A stretch of DNA of 64,000 bases from Pocillopora damicornis (taxonomy: Eukaryota). Position numbers and translations under genes: made by a program. Under the pieces are notes generated by a model that was not told the origin of the DNA, made no database searches, and saw only the letters and a program-made list of their open reading frames with translations. This document shows positions 48,901 to 62,721 of the stretch, piece by piece; position 1 is the stretch's first letter; every line of letters begins with the position of its first letter. The stretch spans positions 124,001 through 188,000 of the forward strand of contig NW_020846706.1 of the NCBI RefSeq assembly GCF_003704095.1, read 5' to 3'.

Positions 48901-50024
48901 CAAAATTTAAATACAATTCTGGTAGATAAATATGAGTTCCAACAACAATCTTTATGCATGCAAGTGAAGCATATCTGGGTTGACCAGTTTATGGTGCATA
49001 AGTTTCACATTTTTTTTAAATCAAATGTTTTTTAATTGATCAGAGTTAAATTACAGAAAAGTTCAGAAAGCTGTTCATGAAGGCTGCTTTAATTATAATA
49101 ATATCATTCAGTATAATTGCTGCCATGATTAGAGAGACAGGTGCCTTCGAATTTTGTTGAGAATTGCACCATATCTCACAATGATCACCTTGCACTAGGT
49201 GATTATAGCAGGGATACTAAATTTCAAAATTGCTGACTTGCGTTATGTCAATGTTACACAGGAAGTGATAAATGTGATTATAGAAAAAAATTCAATACAA
49301 AAAAGCACAAAAGATGCTCCTACATTTGGGGTACTACTTTTTAAAAGAAAGATTTGAAGTTTTAGCTGATTGAATTGAATAAACCCATCACATTCTAGTG
49401 GAAACTGGCTGTTCATCTTGATACAAGTAATCAAAACAATTGTGACAGAATGGTGTTAAAGTCAAAACAAATTAATCACAGAATTTCAATTTAAGCACCT
49501 GAGCAACTATACTGAAACAATTATTTACCATTAGCAAACAATAGTCAATTAACAGCATACAGCATAGCAATCATAGCATCTAAAACACTGATAATCCAAA
49601 AATGAAGTTATATGAGAGGTACTGATGCATAAATTTATCAGTATATGATGAAAAGTGAACCAAAAAACCTGTGTGGTTTAAGAGTTGAACCCTTACAGAA
49701 TCAATAAGACAGTGAAAAATTACAGATGTCATCAGACTAAGGAGACAAGCAATCCTCTCCACCTACCTAAGTGGTTTGCAATTTTTGTTTAAAGCTAGTT
49801 GTCAACTGAAAACAATCAAACATACTCTTTTGAATCACCAACATGTAATTACCGTAACGTAATTACCAATCAAGTGCAGTGGTTGATGGTCAAGAGCATT
49901 GTATATACCATACAGATAAAAAATAAAAATAATTACTCACTATCATACCACCAACCATCCCTGGAAATACTTTATTAGTATAAAACCTTTTTTTCTCACT
50001 ACCAGGTGGAATCAAACGTGCCAT
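45993..50024 (-). CDS. Tetraspanin; coding exons ~50024-49941, 48805-48605, 48137-48069, 47417-47319, 46975-46829, 46552-46469, 46049-45993
   Basis: Four hydrophobic segments; EC2 loop EDCCGVNYYTDW...VPDTCC...GC...GCL; GT-AG introns. Confidence 0.88.
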
Positions 50025-50669
50025 GATTTGATCTCTGGCATGTATTCTAGAGAGAATGATTGAAAAGTAGATCAAAGACTCATTTCAAATAAAATCAATT
50101 ACACTATAAAGCACATTTTGATTGGGTGCTATAAAACCAAAACCAAAACCAAAACCAAATTTGTAATGAGAAATTCTGTCTTAATCACCCTGGGAATCAA
50201 AGGGTTATACAAATCCATAACACAGGCAGATGGAGAGAAGTTAAAATTGTGATCTTGGAAATCATACTTAAGATATGATACCAAATTCTCAGCTCTACTT
50301 AACAAACAAAAATTAATGTACGATGGCTTACAAATTTTAGGTATCAAACTATAACTGAGACAAGACATTACATGTTAACATGCAGTTTCAAGTCTTGCAA
50401 AACATAATTTTGCACTTGACTGGTTGCGAATGAAGTATAAGTTTTTAAAGCTCAATAAAAGTAAAATTCACAATCCTCATTGTGTTACACTTCATCCTAA
50501 AGATCTTAGCCATACCTTTACGTCTCGCTGAAAGTTTGCTCTTGTATTGAATATTGGCTTCAGAAAACTGGTAACCAGTCTCTCGCCTCGTTCGGAACGC
50601 AAAAAAACGAGGGAAAGCTAAGCAAAAATCAGAAGTAAATAAAATGCAAATTAAGGGTTGTCTTTGGAT

Positions 50670-50916
50670 TGATAGTATGGGAAATGTAAAACGCGTTGCA
50701 TATCCTTGATTTTATAGTTAAATGTGAGTTTAGATAATTTAGATACAGGAAAATTCGTACCTGTACAAGTTCCGAGAAACCGTTTCAAAGTCCTTTACCA
50801 GTATATTGCTCGACCGAAATATCACGGACTTCGTCGAACAAGAAACATCTTTTGAAAACTCCAGAAGTTTAGTTCAGCAGAAGAGAGGGTCGACAGTAAT
50901 CGTGCAAATTACAAAG
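50670..50916 (+). repeat. ~245-bp direct duplication (copy 2 at 51878-52125) upstream of the tetraspanin
   Basis: tgatagtatgggaaa...caaattacaaag is near-identical in both copies. Confidence 0.85.
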
Positions 50917-51029
50917 CCCTTAATCTCAATTTATGCTGTGTATCAAATATCTATCCACCTATCGAAGAGCACGCGATGTCGAACAATAAACGATGTGTCG
51001 AGCCCTGTCTATAACACTTTCAAGTCAAA

Positions 51030-51050
51030 GTGTGTGTGTGTGTGTGTGTG
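51030..51050. repeat. (GT)n microsatellite
   Basis: About 10 GT units. Confidence 0.85.
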
Positions 51051-51877
51051 CCTACCTGAAAATCTGTGATCGAACTCGCCCTGGATCAAATGTGGTTGGC
51101 TACTCTCCTTGTTTTCATGAAGCGAGAAACATTTCTCAGATGGTTTTCGCCTTCGTCACGCCTTTCAGATAAGAAGCTGCATAAATTTGTTCAGGGAAAA
51201 CGTTGTTTTCTTTTCTTTGTCGCACCCTATGGCCGAGCTAGAACGCGCGAAACCTAGGAACGAGTAGTTTCAAATTGCTAACCAGGTCCCTCGACACTTG
51301 TCGCAGGAAAGTTATCAGCTATGGAAATTATTAAAAAAGGAAAATTTATATTCCGTTATAAGTTGTCTACCTGATTCCTGAGGGTCCCCAATAGATTTTT
51401 GGGATTGCGGGATTGTTATTATGAACGAGACACGGGAAACGGCGAAAAAGCCGAGAACCGGGAAATCCGTTGACAAGAGTTTAAAAAGAGTTTATCAACG
51501 CTAAAGACCGAAGAAAGCCCAGCCTTCCGCGCAGCCGTTTTCTGGGAAATCCCGTTTCACTTCTCCCTGCAAAACACGAAAGTAGCACGCAATTTCTCTT
51601 GAAACGCCAGCGTGGAAGGCTCAGAGAAAGCCGCACAAAGGTGTGTTATGACAGTCTTATCTGCGCACGTGCTGGGCACACGGCCTTTGGGCTTCGCTGT
51701 TGTTTTCATAACCCACTGGTTATGTCTAGACATAGAACCTCGCCCTATTCTGAAATAGTGACCTTTGAGTTTTGGGTGACTGATAAATTTATAAATCGGG
51801 AAAAATAGCAGTACGTTCCTCTGTACGGATGTCAGCTATCGAAAGCGATGAATCGAATCCAGTTTGACATAATGGCA

Positions 51878-52125
51878 TGATAGTATGGGAAAAAAATAAA
51901 CGCGTTGCATACCCTTGATTTTATAGTTAAGTGTGAGTTTAGATAATGTAAATACAGGAAAATTCGTACTCGTACAAGTTCCGAGCAACCGTTTCAAAGT
52001 CCTTTACCAGTATATTGCATGACTGAAATATCACGGACTTCGTTGAACAAGAAACATCCTTTGAAAACTCTAGAAGTTTAGTTCAGCAGAAGAGAAGGTC
52101 GGCAGTAATCGCACAAATTACAAAG
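51878..52125 (+). repeat. Copy 2 of the ~245-bp duplication
   Basis: Colinear with 50670-50916. Confidence 0.85.
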
Positions 52126-53173
52126 AAAATGAGCGGGAAAACGAGACGCGGCTTCCCCGATTGTCTCATTGTTTTACTAGAGATCGTTGTTTTATCAGGG
52201 TTTTATGGCAGAGCTCCTGTCTATAAATGTATTCGTTGCTTCTAGTACTTACGAAAATGATTCGTTGCTCACGCGGCTAGCTATCAATTAACCGTGACGG
52301 CGGAAAAGGGTTTTGACAATGTTCAAATTGAAATGGTAATCAACCGAATGCATTTACTTAAAAGGCAAAATTTACGTGTGGTTTCATTTTAAAAAAATTA
52401 GGAAAAAGATTACCACTCATATTTTTCGAGCCTAAAAATCATGGTTATGATTCTACAGGTGACAACAACGTACGTTCTGGTATCATATATAACTTAGATT
52501 CTTGTTCCTTTCAATCATAACTGTGTTGGGAGCGAAATTCAATGCTTTCGTAAAACAGCATACATCTGTGTAAGGAACACATTTGGTTGGTGCAAAACTC
52601 GTATCGCATATCAAACGTGAGCGTAATGATTGCCCTTAGCGATTTTAAAAAGACTAATGCTCCCTGATTATGTCTTCTTCATTGGTTTATTGGTTTAATA
52701 CAAAACAATTTTCTATTGGAAAAAATGATTGTCATTCTTAAATTTTTGGAGAGAAAATCCAGATCTGCTCCTCTGATTTGAAGTAATTATGCCTATTGCT
52801 ACTTGCATACACATCAGATGCCAAATTGTTAAAGCGATAACTAGAGGATGACGGTATCCTGCTTAAGTTAGTTTTACGCGTCTTTTAAAGACCTGATCTT
52901 CATTTTTTGAATAATACTTAAAAAAGATATAGAAGATGACTTGAGAGAGAAATCCGAATATCCTCTCATTCTCATCACACCAAGTTTCCGAAATCCTTTC
53001 CATTCCTTTCCTTCTAGTCTTGTCCTACAAAAGTACCACTCCCTAGAAGATAATACAAAAAAAGCTCTAAACTTGGAAAAAACTGTTTTCAAATATTCTC
53101 CGCTGACTTTAGTTTCATTCAGTTCTTGTTGATTAAGCAAATATATATATACATATATATATTTGCGACCCAA

Positions 53174-56100
53174 TTATGGCCAAGGCCAATCCTCATTCAC
53201 AAGACAGCCATTCTTTTCGTAGTGCTCTAACAAGCTTTTCCACGCTGGATCCAATGCCAGAAGATACCTGTTTCCTAAAGAAAATAAGATGAGGCTTGGT
53301 TATTCAAACAATACAATGATGGTGCCCTATCCGACAATCGTGGTGCTTTATTTGTAAACTTTATAAACTTCTTTGTTTACCTCCACAACTTCCACTAAGA
53401 AGGAATGAAAAAGTTACTAAGAGTTAGATCCAACTTAGGGGATTTAGAGGATGAGATGAAATTACGGCTCTGATCGCAGAGTCTGGTAAACCAAAACCAA
53501 CGACATCTTAGAATGCTTTAAAAACTCTATCTTAACCTTCTCTGACAAGACTTGAACTGCATATCTCACCTATAATGCAAAGTCCTCTGCGTGCTCGAGT
53601 GAGTCCCACGTTCATTTGATGCTCATCAGTCAAGAACCCCAGATGTTCACGAAGCCAAGAAGGGGAAGGCTCAGGATCTATTTCGTCACGGTTCACGGAC
53701 CGAACCAACGATATTATGACGTAATCCCATTCACTCCCTAAAATATGAGAGAAAAAGGGCGACGTCGAATGTCAAAGTTCAACACTTTACCAGAGCTGCA
53801 CCTTCTTCCAACGCGCGCGATTTTTTTCGATCTCAGATCTCCCTATTTTTTTCAAAGAGCTATGTAAGTTTATATTGAACAGTTAAGGTACGTCACGAAT
53901 AATATTAATGATAAGGATTCGTTTACTGTTTATAAATACTGTATTTATTCCTAAGAGTAACTTGTTACTGCCTTACCTTGACTTTTAGTGATTGTTGTAA
54001 CTTTGATATCCTCATATGCTCCCTTTAAGAGCTCAGTGATTTTGCTTCGCTGTTCTCTGTAAGGTGACAGGATGACCACATCTGACTTCCGCACATGGGC
54101 CACGTAACGGTTAACAAGATGCTTTGCTATTTGAACCTGTTCGCGAGGAAAGAGGAGGAAGTGAGAAAGGATGACTTTATAGCCGCGTAAAGCTTCAGTA
54201 TAGCAAAGAGTACTCTGGTACACAGTTCCCAATCGAACGATGAAGGGCTAAGGATCATTTGGCGACTATCCTTTGACAGTTAAAATATACATCAAGTGAA
54301 CATGCAGAAAAAAAAATGTATTTCTGATGTGAGCAGAGGTTTTAGGAAGAACTTTTTTAGTCTGGACCAGCTTTTGTCTCCAGAATAAACATGCCTTTCA
54401 GATAGAGGTGACTCCGGCATAGAAGGAGTTCCACTGCACTTTAAAAGAAAAGGAACAAAAAAAGTCGCAGATCAACCACATCATTGGCTTTAGGAAATCT
54501 GGTAGTGATTTAACCTTATTTTAGCCATAATACATTAAATGTCTTCTGTATGATGATAAATCTTAAGTTAAGCTTGGAAAATACTCACGTTACTTTGCAA
54601 TCACACATATGAACTAAGAGAACATGAGCTGCAAATGATCAGATCATGTTCTTTTGTTTGAAAGAAATTTGATATACCTACTTCCTTAATCTTCCAACTT
54701 TCTCAAATTTGGTGAGAATTTACTTACTGCCTTATGAACTTCTTTCATGTTTCTTTTGGACTCCTCGTTGCTCTCTGAGGTTGCTATGGGAGCAGACTCT
54801 TCTTGCCCTTCAACGTGACAGAAGACAATTGGTAGTTTCCTCTGGCGGCGCACTTGTGCAGGCCAAAAGGAAACGGGACTAGGAGCACGTGACTTCACCA
54901 CGTCAGCTGTACGTAGCTTTTTATTATAAAATTGTGTTGATGGAAATTCACAAATTCCATCATGCTAGAAATAGGAAGAGACTTGTTAAAAAGATGTCTT
55001 TGTAGAGACAAAAAGAAGTTAAATTGCATTGTTTTCCTGGTGGGTGTAATACAGCGAAAGTGTCCTGCTAGACTCAAGGAGGGAGGGTAAAGCAACTTAA
55101 TTCTAAAAAAATTCATGCTACAAGTTTTTAAAGGTAAGGGAGAGAAAAAAACACAATAACACTCGCTAAGGTTAAACCTAGAAAGACAAATAAACTGCGA
55201 ACAATTAAAGAGTTGCGAAGTCCATGCTTCGGAGATCAATATTTAGGTACTTGCACTGATACCTTGTCAAGCGCCAGAACAATAATATTAATCCTAGAGA
55301 TAAGTGAGTTTTCTGAAACAATCTTTCAGAAAACTAAGTGCATTACAGTTAGACTATTGAACCTGTGCCTCAGAGGCTAACGAAGGCAATCAAAGAGGCA
55401 TTTCTTAGAATGGTAGAATCTATGATTGCCCTTGCTAAAATATCTCACCATTCTGTACTGAAGTTCCAGCATTGTAGCTCGTTTAGAGTGCCTCTCAAAC
55501 ATTGACACACTCAAGCCAAGTGTCTTTGCGACGTGGTCTTGTATTACAGGCTGCAGTTGTTTGTGATCACCAATCAAAACCACTTGTTTTGCTCCAGAGC
55601 ACGTGATGGGCACGAGTGATTCAGGCTCCATGCACATGCCACATTCATCGACAATGCATTGCTGGATGTTGTCGCAAGAAAAGACCATCCTAGGACTTCC
55701 CGAAGCTGCGCAAGTACAAAGAATGATTTGAACTCCAGACTTTTGAAGAGCCCACTCTTCAGCCAGTCCAATGGTCTTGGGGGAAAACATGTAAAAAAGG
55801 CCATCATTTTTATCAAGTGATAAAGGTATTTGGCTCGACACGAAAAGTTGTAAGGAGATTTACTAAAACTTTTTTTTCGGGAAATTTTTTGTGGATTTGA
55901 ACGGAAAACGAAGTTTTTGATTTATGAAAACAAGTCTTGGTTATTTTGAATGTCTCTTTGAAAGAGCTATACAAGAGGAATCTCACTGTTATTCTATATA
56001 ACCTTCATTAAGCAGTGCCTTAGTTTATCAATGTAATCACGAAAACTCAATCATTCCTATGGTAGAGAATTCCCACCAATCACCAGCCTTCCCATCGGTC

Positions 56101-59100
56101 TAATATCTGGCGCGTCCTTAAGCGCTAAAAATTTGTTGAACAGAGTTAACTTTTCTAATTTTTCTTCTATTCTCACATCGTAGCATTTAATCAAACCCTT
56201 CACAAAACTCTCACCTTGCGGTAATCGGCGACTTCCTTTTGGCCTATCGTTTCATTCATCGCTTTACACTGAGCGAATCCCTCTTCATATTTCCTGAGCT
56301 CCTCCGAGAAAGGGCATTCAGGACCTCTAATCACGTGATGAAGGGATACAGATCTTATTTGGTCACTGGAGATTTTCAGTTCGTCATCACTCCTCGTTGA
56401 TCGAGCTGGCTTCAACTTGTTTGGAATTGGGAACTCTTTCTGCTCAACTTGATCACTATAAACTCTCAAAACTTTCAAATCTGGTACTTTTAAAAGGAGC
56501 TCTAGGGTTGGAAGATGAAAGTATATGTCAGCTGTTGAGATTTGTCCGGCACTTATTTTGGATTGACTAAAACTGTCTACTTATTAATTAAGCTTTGCAC
56601 AGCCAAATCAATATTGAATGATAGCGGACAGCTGCATTTTTACACTGTCTGAATAAGTTATCGTTAAACGAGTAAAAAATTTCCCGCTGGGCGATCGTTG
56701 GCACAATCATCACCACCATGTGATACCTCTTTTGTTGGCACGAATCTTATGAGGTCGTGCGCACAAGAGAAGCAGTTGTGAAAGACCGGGAAACGCGATC
56801 TAACAAGGCGGCAAATACCATTTCCAAAACAGCCAATATCTGTTCCGATTTTTTCGTGTGCTAAATACTTTACTCTGAGTATGCCAACAAACTTGAACAC
56901 GAGGTTAGCTTTTTAATGTGAGTTTATTCCTAGTTGATCAAATTGGACGATATTGATATCAAATTGGAAAGATACCAACATCAAGCTAGCTTGGAGCATT
57001 TTCTGTTGAAATGGATTGTCCTTCGGTGGAAAATTACCGCGGAACCTCATAGAGTCCCATATCGCAATTTGATTTCTTATGAAACAGAAGTCCTGATATT
57101 TTTTCCCATCATAGCCCACCTGTAACCACGTCCACAGACTTGTTAGACGGTCCACAATACATAACTTGAGGCGGTGATTTGTGTGCTCCATCACATTCAG
57201 TTTCACTTGTCTCTTTTTTCAACGGCTTCAAAGACTTTTTCTTCTTGTTTTGTTCCGCGAACCAGTAAGCGATGTGTACTCCTGTTACAGTTTTCCCAGT
57301 ACCTGAGAAAAATGATATTTTTGGTTGTTTGTAAGTGAAATTTATTTGTAAGTGAGTTGTCACATGCAAGCTATTATTACTGTCATTCGTGTGGAAGCTC
57401 AGAAATGTGTATGCTAGCGCATTTTTTCAGGTGTCATGGAATACTGGTAACATGGACTATTTCCGTACATCATTACTAAGTCATGGTCAGTCGAACTAAA
57501 AAGTGGTTATATGCGAGATAATTCTTAAGCCTCCAATCGCTTTTAGTCGTTAATCGAAAAACACAATATTCTTACCTGGTGGACCCTGTATTAGCGTGAA
57601 TGGATGGCAAAGTGCTTCTTTGACCGCGGCCTCTTGATATGTGTTCAACTTCTTAAATCCAAACTGTGTCAAAAACAGGCTTGTGGGGAGTTCGCCATAA
57701 CTTTCTAACCGTGACCGAAAAGAAAAAACCGTAATGATGGCTAAGTATTGCACGAACGCTAAAAGCTAAAAGCTTCAAGAGAATTTAATACTAATCTCCA
57801 ATAATAAATACCTTGTGAGGGCTCCTCTCCTCTGCAAATGGCATGAACTAGCTCAGATGAGTGTTCCAAATTGCACAGCGCTGCATACATTCGTCTGAAG
57901 AGTTGAAATGAAAGTTAATCCATACCAACAATTCCAAGATGTAATAAGGTAAGTAATTGATTTTAACTAGGAAACCAATGGAGTTGTATTTTTCTCGTGA
58001 TAAAGGTTCAGTAGTTAACACAATTTTGCTCCATAAATTCAGTTTGTTGTAGTTATTATTGATTCGCATAATTGTGTTGTTTAATTGTTTATTCCGCATA
58101 ATTGCTCATGCTCAGTTAGCGCAGAGTTACTTTGAATTAATAGACTACAAGATTAATTCAACGGCGTGAAAAATTTAACAAGGATCTTATTCAAGTATCT
58201 TATGAGAGCATGGCTATTTATGTACCTTTGAGGAAGTGTTCTGTGGATGAGTTCTAAAGTACATCTGTAACCCTCTTCGTTGAAAAGTCCCACTGGTATG
58301 GTTGACGCCGATTGATGAAGATACATTATAACTTTTACCTTCTGTTTTTCTTTAAAAAAGTTAACATCTTTGATAATGCAGTGTGCCACCCAAAAGTCAC
58401 TAGCGCTTCCACTTGAATCAGAATGTAGATTGTCTTTGGAAGACTGTGGAAAGGGAAAAACCTTAAATAAGCATATTATAGCAATGCCATAGACTTACAG
58501 GAGTATTGAGATAGAGTAAATACCTTTCCGTGGCTTTCACTTTCCCCAGAAGGAGGCGACGTTTTGGAGTAAGACATACGGATACATACTAAATCTCCCT
58601 CATAAAAATTTAGCTGACGGCTCTGACAGTAGCTGAAAGGAAGCTTAAACTCTCCTCTTGCAGAATCAGCCTTGTGTTTCCATACCACGTTAAGGTTTTC
58701 AATAGTGAACCCGTCATTCTCCTTTACTGCCTCTGTCGCTGCCTCCATAGCAAGAACTGGTTTCCAAGCCTTTACGTATTCGTCGATACTTTCATACCGT
58801 TCCCTTGATGCTTGGTGTCTCGCTGTGTGCGAAAATGACTCCCTTGGATGCTTACGGTGTTCAATGCAGATATTAAGATGAACATCTACCTTAAATACTT
58901 GGACATCGGGTTCGAGGATTCCCCGTATCATGTGAGGACAGAGCTGGACAGACAGGAAATCGTATTTCCTGAGTGTAACTTTCTTCTCGTAAAAATGGTC
59001 TACCGTTCCTTCAAATGACGGCTGTGCCTCGTCATTTTGATGAGGATGCTTGTAATGGATACCATGCACGTGGCCAAAAGACGTTTGAGCTGAGGTGTCC

Positions 59101-62100
59101 TTCCCACGATTAGAAGGCACAGTGCTAAGCTTCTCTTTTACTTCTTTGATTGTAGTTGTTAGATTCTCCTTGTCGTTAGCTCGAATCATATCCAACACAG
59201 AGACCCAAACATCAAGAGGAATTTCGATCACTTCGTCAATGCCGTTGTAAATAGAAGTGGATGACTCTGTAGTGTCTCTCTTGAGATCTGGCGCCACATA
59301 CTTTCTGATTTTCCATTTGAGAATGATCGATTGCTCGTCACCTTGAATTTCTTTTTTTTCATCCACAGTCAGTAAATTGAGGTGACTGAGGGCAATTCTT
59401 TTGTTCCTAGTAGCCAAGAGGTCATCTTCTCTATTTAAGATTTGAAGACACATTGACTGATGCTGAATGGATTCAATAAAAACTCGCGTCTCACGACACC
59501 GTTGCTGAAGCTGAGTTGCCAGGTGGATCCTCCTGCAATACTTTTCAAATTTACGTGCATTGTCTTGGATGAATGTATATCGTCGACACACCTTTAAAAC
59601 TTCATCTTTAGTAGGGAGATTAACTGCGTAGTTGGTGGAAGACGTCAAAACGAGACCAATTAGTAGCCGATGCACCACGATATCAATATACCGCCTTATT
59701 GGCGACGTAAATTGTGTGTATCGAGGTATTCCGAGAGAGTAGTGGCAAATGTTCTCCGGTGGTTGATCGCCTTCACAAACGCATCGAGATTCAGACTGTA
59801 TACGTCGAAAATGTGAAACAGCTGTGGCAATTTGTGGGTGAATACTCTCGTTACAAATCAGGTATTGAAGTGTGGGAAAATCGTTTGACTCGACGGCTTG
59901 ACATATTGCACGCCAAACTTGCTTCTGGATCTTAAACTTGATGCTGTCATCATGAAAAGCCTCTAGTGGTATGGCGTCTGTTGTGTCCTTCGTGAACGTT
60001 GCGGATAACGTAAGTGACATTCTGGTATACTTGCCGTACATTTGAATCCATTCGGCCAGTCTGTGATCTTTTGGTGGCAGCTGTATCTTCAGAAGTGCTA
60101 ATTCAGAGTTCTTTTGTGATAAAAGTTTTGCGATTTCTTGATTTGCAAGAATCATCCATTCTTCTACAAGCTCGTGGGCTTCAAAGTCATTTCCTTCGTT
60201 TTGCCAGTGATCGAATGCTCGATCTCGGAGGCGATGAAATCTACTCTTTTGTGCCAAGGAACTTAAACGTCTAACCTTCCCCTTTATGTCTTCTGAAATT
60301 TCTGATGTGCTCGCATCTTTTTCATCGATGATCATCTGAGCCTCAGCATAGCTCAAACGACAACAGGATCGAACAATTGTGCGTTTTATCTCTGGTTTAT
60401 CAACTAATATCCCCTCTTCGTTAATGGTCGCGAAAACCGATACTGCAAGACGGTCCTTATTAGGGAGAAGGCTGCAAAAATTCTCACTAAGTTGGCGCGG
60501 AAGCATAGGAACATTTTCATGTCCGTTTTGGGGGTAATATGAAGAGCAACGAGAGAATGCTTCATCGTCTAATGGAGTGTTTGGTCTAACAAAGAAGCTG
60601 GCATCGGCAATGTGTATTCCTAATCGGAAGGTTGAAGGCGATATATTCTCGATCGTCAAGGCATCGTCAAGGTCCATGGATGTGGGAGGATCAATTGTGA
60701 TTGCATCGGAAACCTTGGTGCGATTATTACGTTCTACTTCAGGAATAGTCCATCCTAGGGGAAAGTTGTCTTCCACATACCTCAAGGTGTGTTCTCTAAA
60801 TTCTCGTCTTACCCCATGCTCAGCGTACGCAATCTCCATGCTACTTCTCAAGTCGTGTCCTCTGGATAGTGATCGCACAACGATACCAAGAGGGTTGGAG
60901 AAGTCTCTTTTCCACTGAAGGTATTTAACAACAAAGAGGTACTTCCCACTGAGGACTTTCTCTTTTTTAAACATTTTTACTTTTATGGCTCTTCCGTTGT
61001 GATCCTTTCTGTACATTGGAATATCCTCACAAGTCTTGTCCGTAAGGTTGACCAGTTTAGTTGCTGCTTTGTTGATGGGTACCATCACCGCAGGATTTGC
61101 GTAATCTGTTGTACACACAAACTGACGTTCGTGTGGACTTATTATGTGTTCAAGTACACCTGAATAAGGGAAATTTTAATAAGATTGAAGAAGATGTTTT
61201 GATTACTAATAAGAATATTATGATGTCATGTATTTATCTAGCTGTTATCATATGTCTATATGTCATGAAAGAGTCTCTAAACTGATGGACGCAATTTATC
61301 GTGGCTACTAACGATCAAAACGTTTGTCGATTCGGGCAATCTCGTGTCTTTTCACCAGGATGCACGACGTGTTTTCTTAACCAATCGGATTAGTCTTAAC
61401 TAGGACTGTGAAGGTAACTGCACTTAAAGAAAATCAATGTAGGGAGAAAAGTATATCATCTTACCAACAACTCTTCCTTGGACCCCTGGCTCATTTTCAT
61501 CAGCATTTGAACGGGCTTTCCTCTCAACTAGCTCTATAACAACTTTGTCTCTATCGAATGCTTGACGGAGCTTTCCCTTGATGTGAATGGATGGCGTCTT
61601 GGTATCTTCTACCTCTGCATAACCCACCTGCGACTTTTCGGGACTAAGACGAAGGTTACATACAATGTATTTCTCGGGTTCGTCTGCAATGAGCTGCATC
61701 AAGACAGATGGATCAAGAAAATCCTGTTGCTTTGAGGAAATCATGATTCGTTTTGCTCTTTCAGAGGGAGAATTGTAAAAGCCAAGGTTAGTAAGACGCA
61801 CTTCAATACGGCCGTTTATGACTCGTACCTCTGGAAACAGATCTTTTATGTCGGCACCACCCTTGAATGCAGAGTGTTGTGCGTGCTCGATTGGTGGCTT
61901 TTTCAAGCCTTCCACCACTTGAAGAGAAGGGAATTCGCAGTCGTCAAAAATTGATTTGCGTTCTTCGTCCATTTTCAGTGTTTCTTCGCATTTTTGGACA
62001 AATGCCTGAATTATTTCGTCCATGTCTCTAGGAAATACTGTCTCGTCCTCCAGAAGGCTATCTTGAAAGTCGTTTGAATCTCCATTGTCGTCGTCAGGCT

Positions 62101-62621
62101 CTTCTTCACCCTGATCCTGATCCTGCTCCGTAAGGCTGAGAATGGGTATACGTTTGCTGTCCAAGGTATCATTTTCCGCCGATCCTTCACTCGAGATTTG
62201 CTGGCCACTTGCCTCTCGGGTGTCGCTCTCTGTTTCCACAACTTCCCTAAAATTTTTCTCTTCTATCACCTGCCTTACATAAACGTCCTCTTGGGCACTT
62301 TCTATTGTTTTCTCTTCGGGCGCTTTTGCGCCTAAGCTCTTCTCAAGCTTTGGAACGAAACTTGGAATGAACGTCTTAGCTTCAGGATTGAGCTGGACAC
62401 TGGCAATAGAAGCGCTTATTTCTCTTGATAGCTCTTCCATTGTTGTCCCAAATAGGCCACCCGCTTTATTACATCTCTTAATGTAGTCTCTCCAGATTCC
62501 ACGACATTCTCCCACTGTGCAAAGAGAGACAGGATCGCCCACTACTGCCACCATGCATCTCGCTCTCGTCACAGCTGTGTTAAGTAATTTTGGATCTGAC
62601 AAAAATTCCCAATAAAGTTGT
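53174..62621 (-). CDS. HELZ2: HELZ2-like protein (end of helicase 1, RNB/RNase II domain, UPF1-like SF1 helicase 2), 5' part lost at the gap; exons ~62621-61465, 61159-58524, 58443-58226, 57894-57812, 57704-57576, 57302-57120, 56501-56215, 55775-55449, 54964-54728, 54136-53977, 53737-53570, 53274-53174
   Basis: LLNTAVTRAR (motif VI of helicase 1); RNB motifs TIDPPTSMDLDDAL, GIHIAD, HELVEEWMILAN, YTQFTSPIRRYID; helicase 2 LIQGPPGTGKT, IVDECG, LIGDHKQL, LSPYREQ, TITKSQGSEWD, NVGLTRA. Confidence 0.9.
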
Positions 62622-62721
62622 NNNNNNNNNNNNNNNNNNNNNNNNNNNNNNNNNNNNNNNNNNNNNNNNNNNNNNNNNNNNNNNNNNNNNNNNNNNNNNN
62701 NNNNNNNNNNNNNNNNNNNNN

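Noticed and set aside
50440-50513. Upstream ATG (MAKIFRMKC...) as the tetraspanin start
   Set aside because: It hits an in-frame stop after ~22 codons; the exon starting at 50024 splices in frame to TM1.
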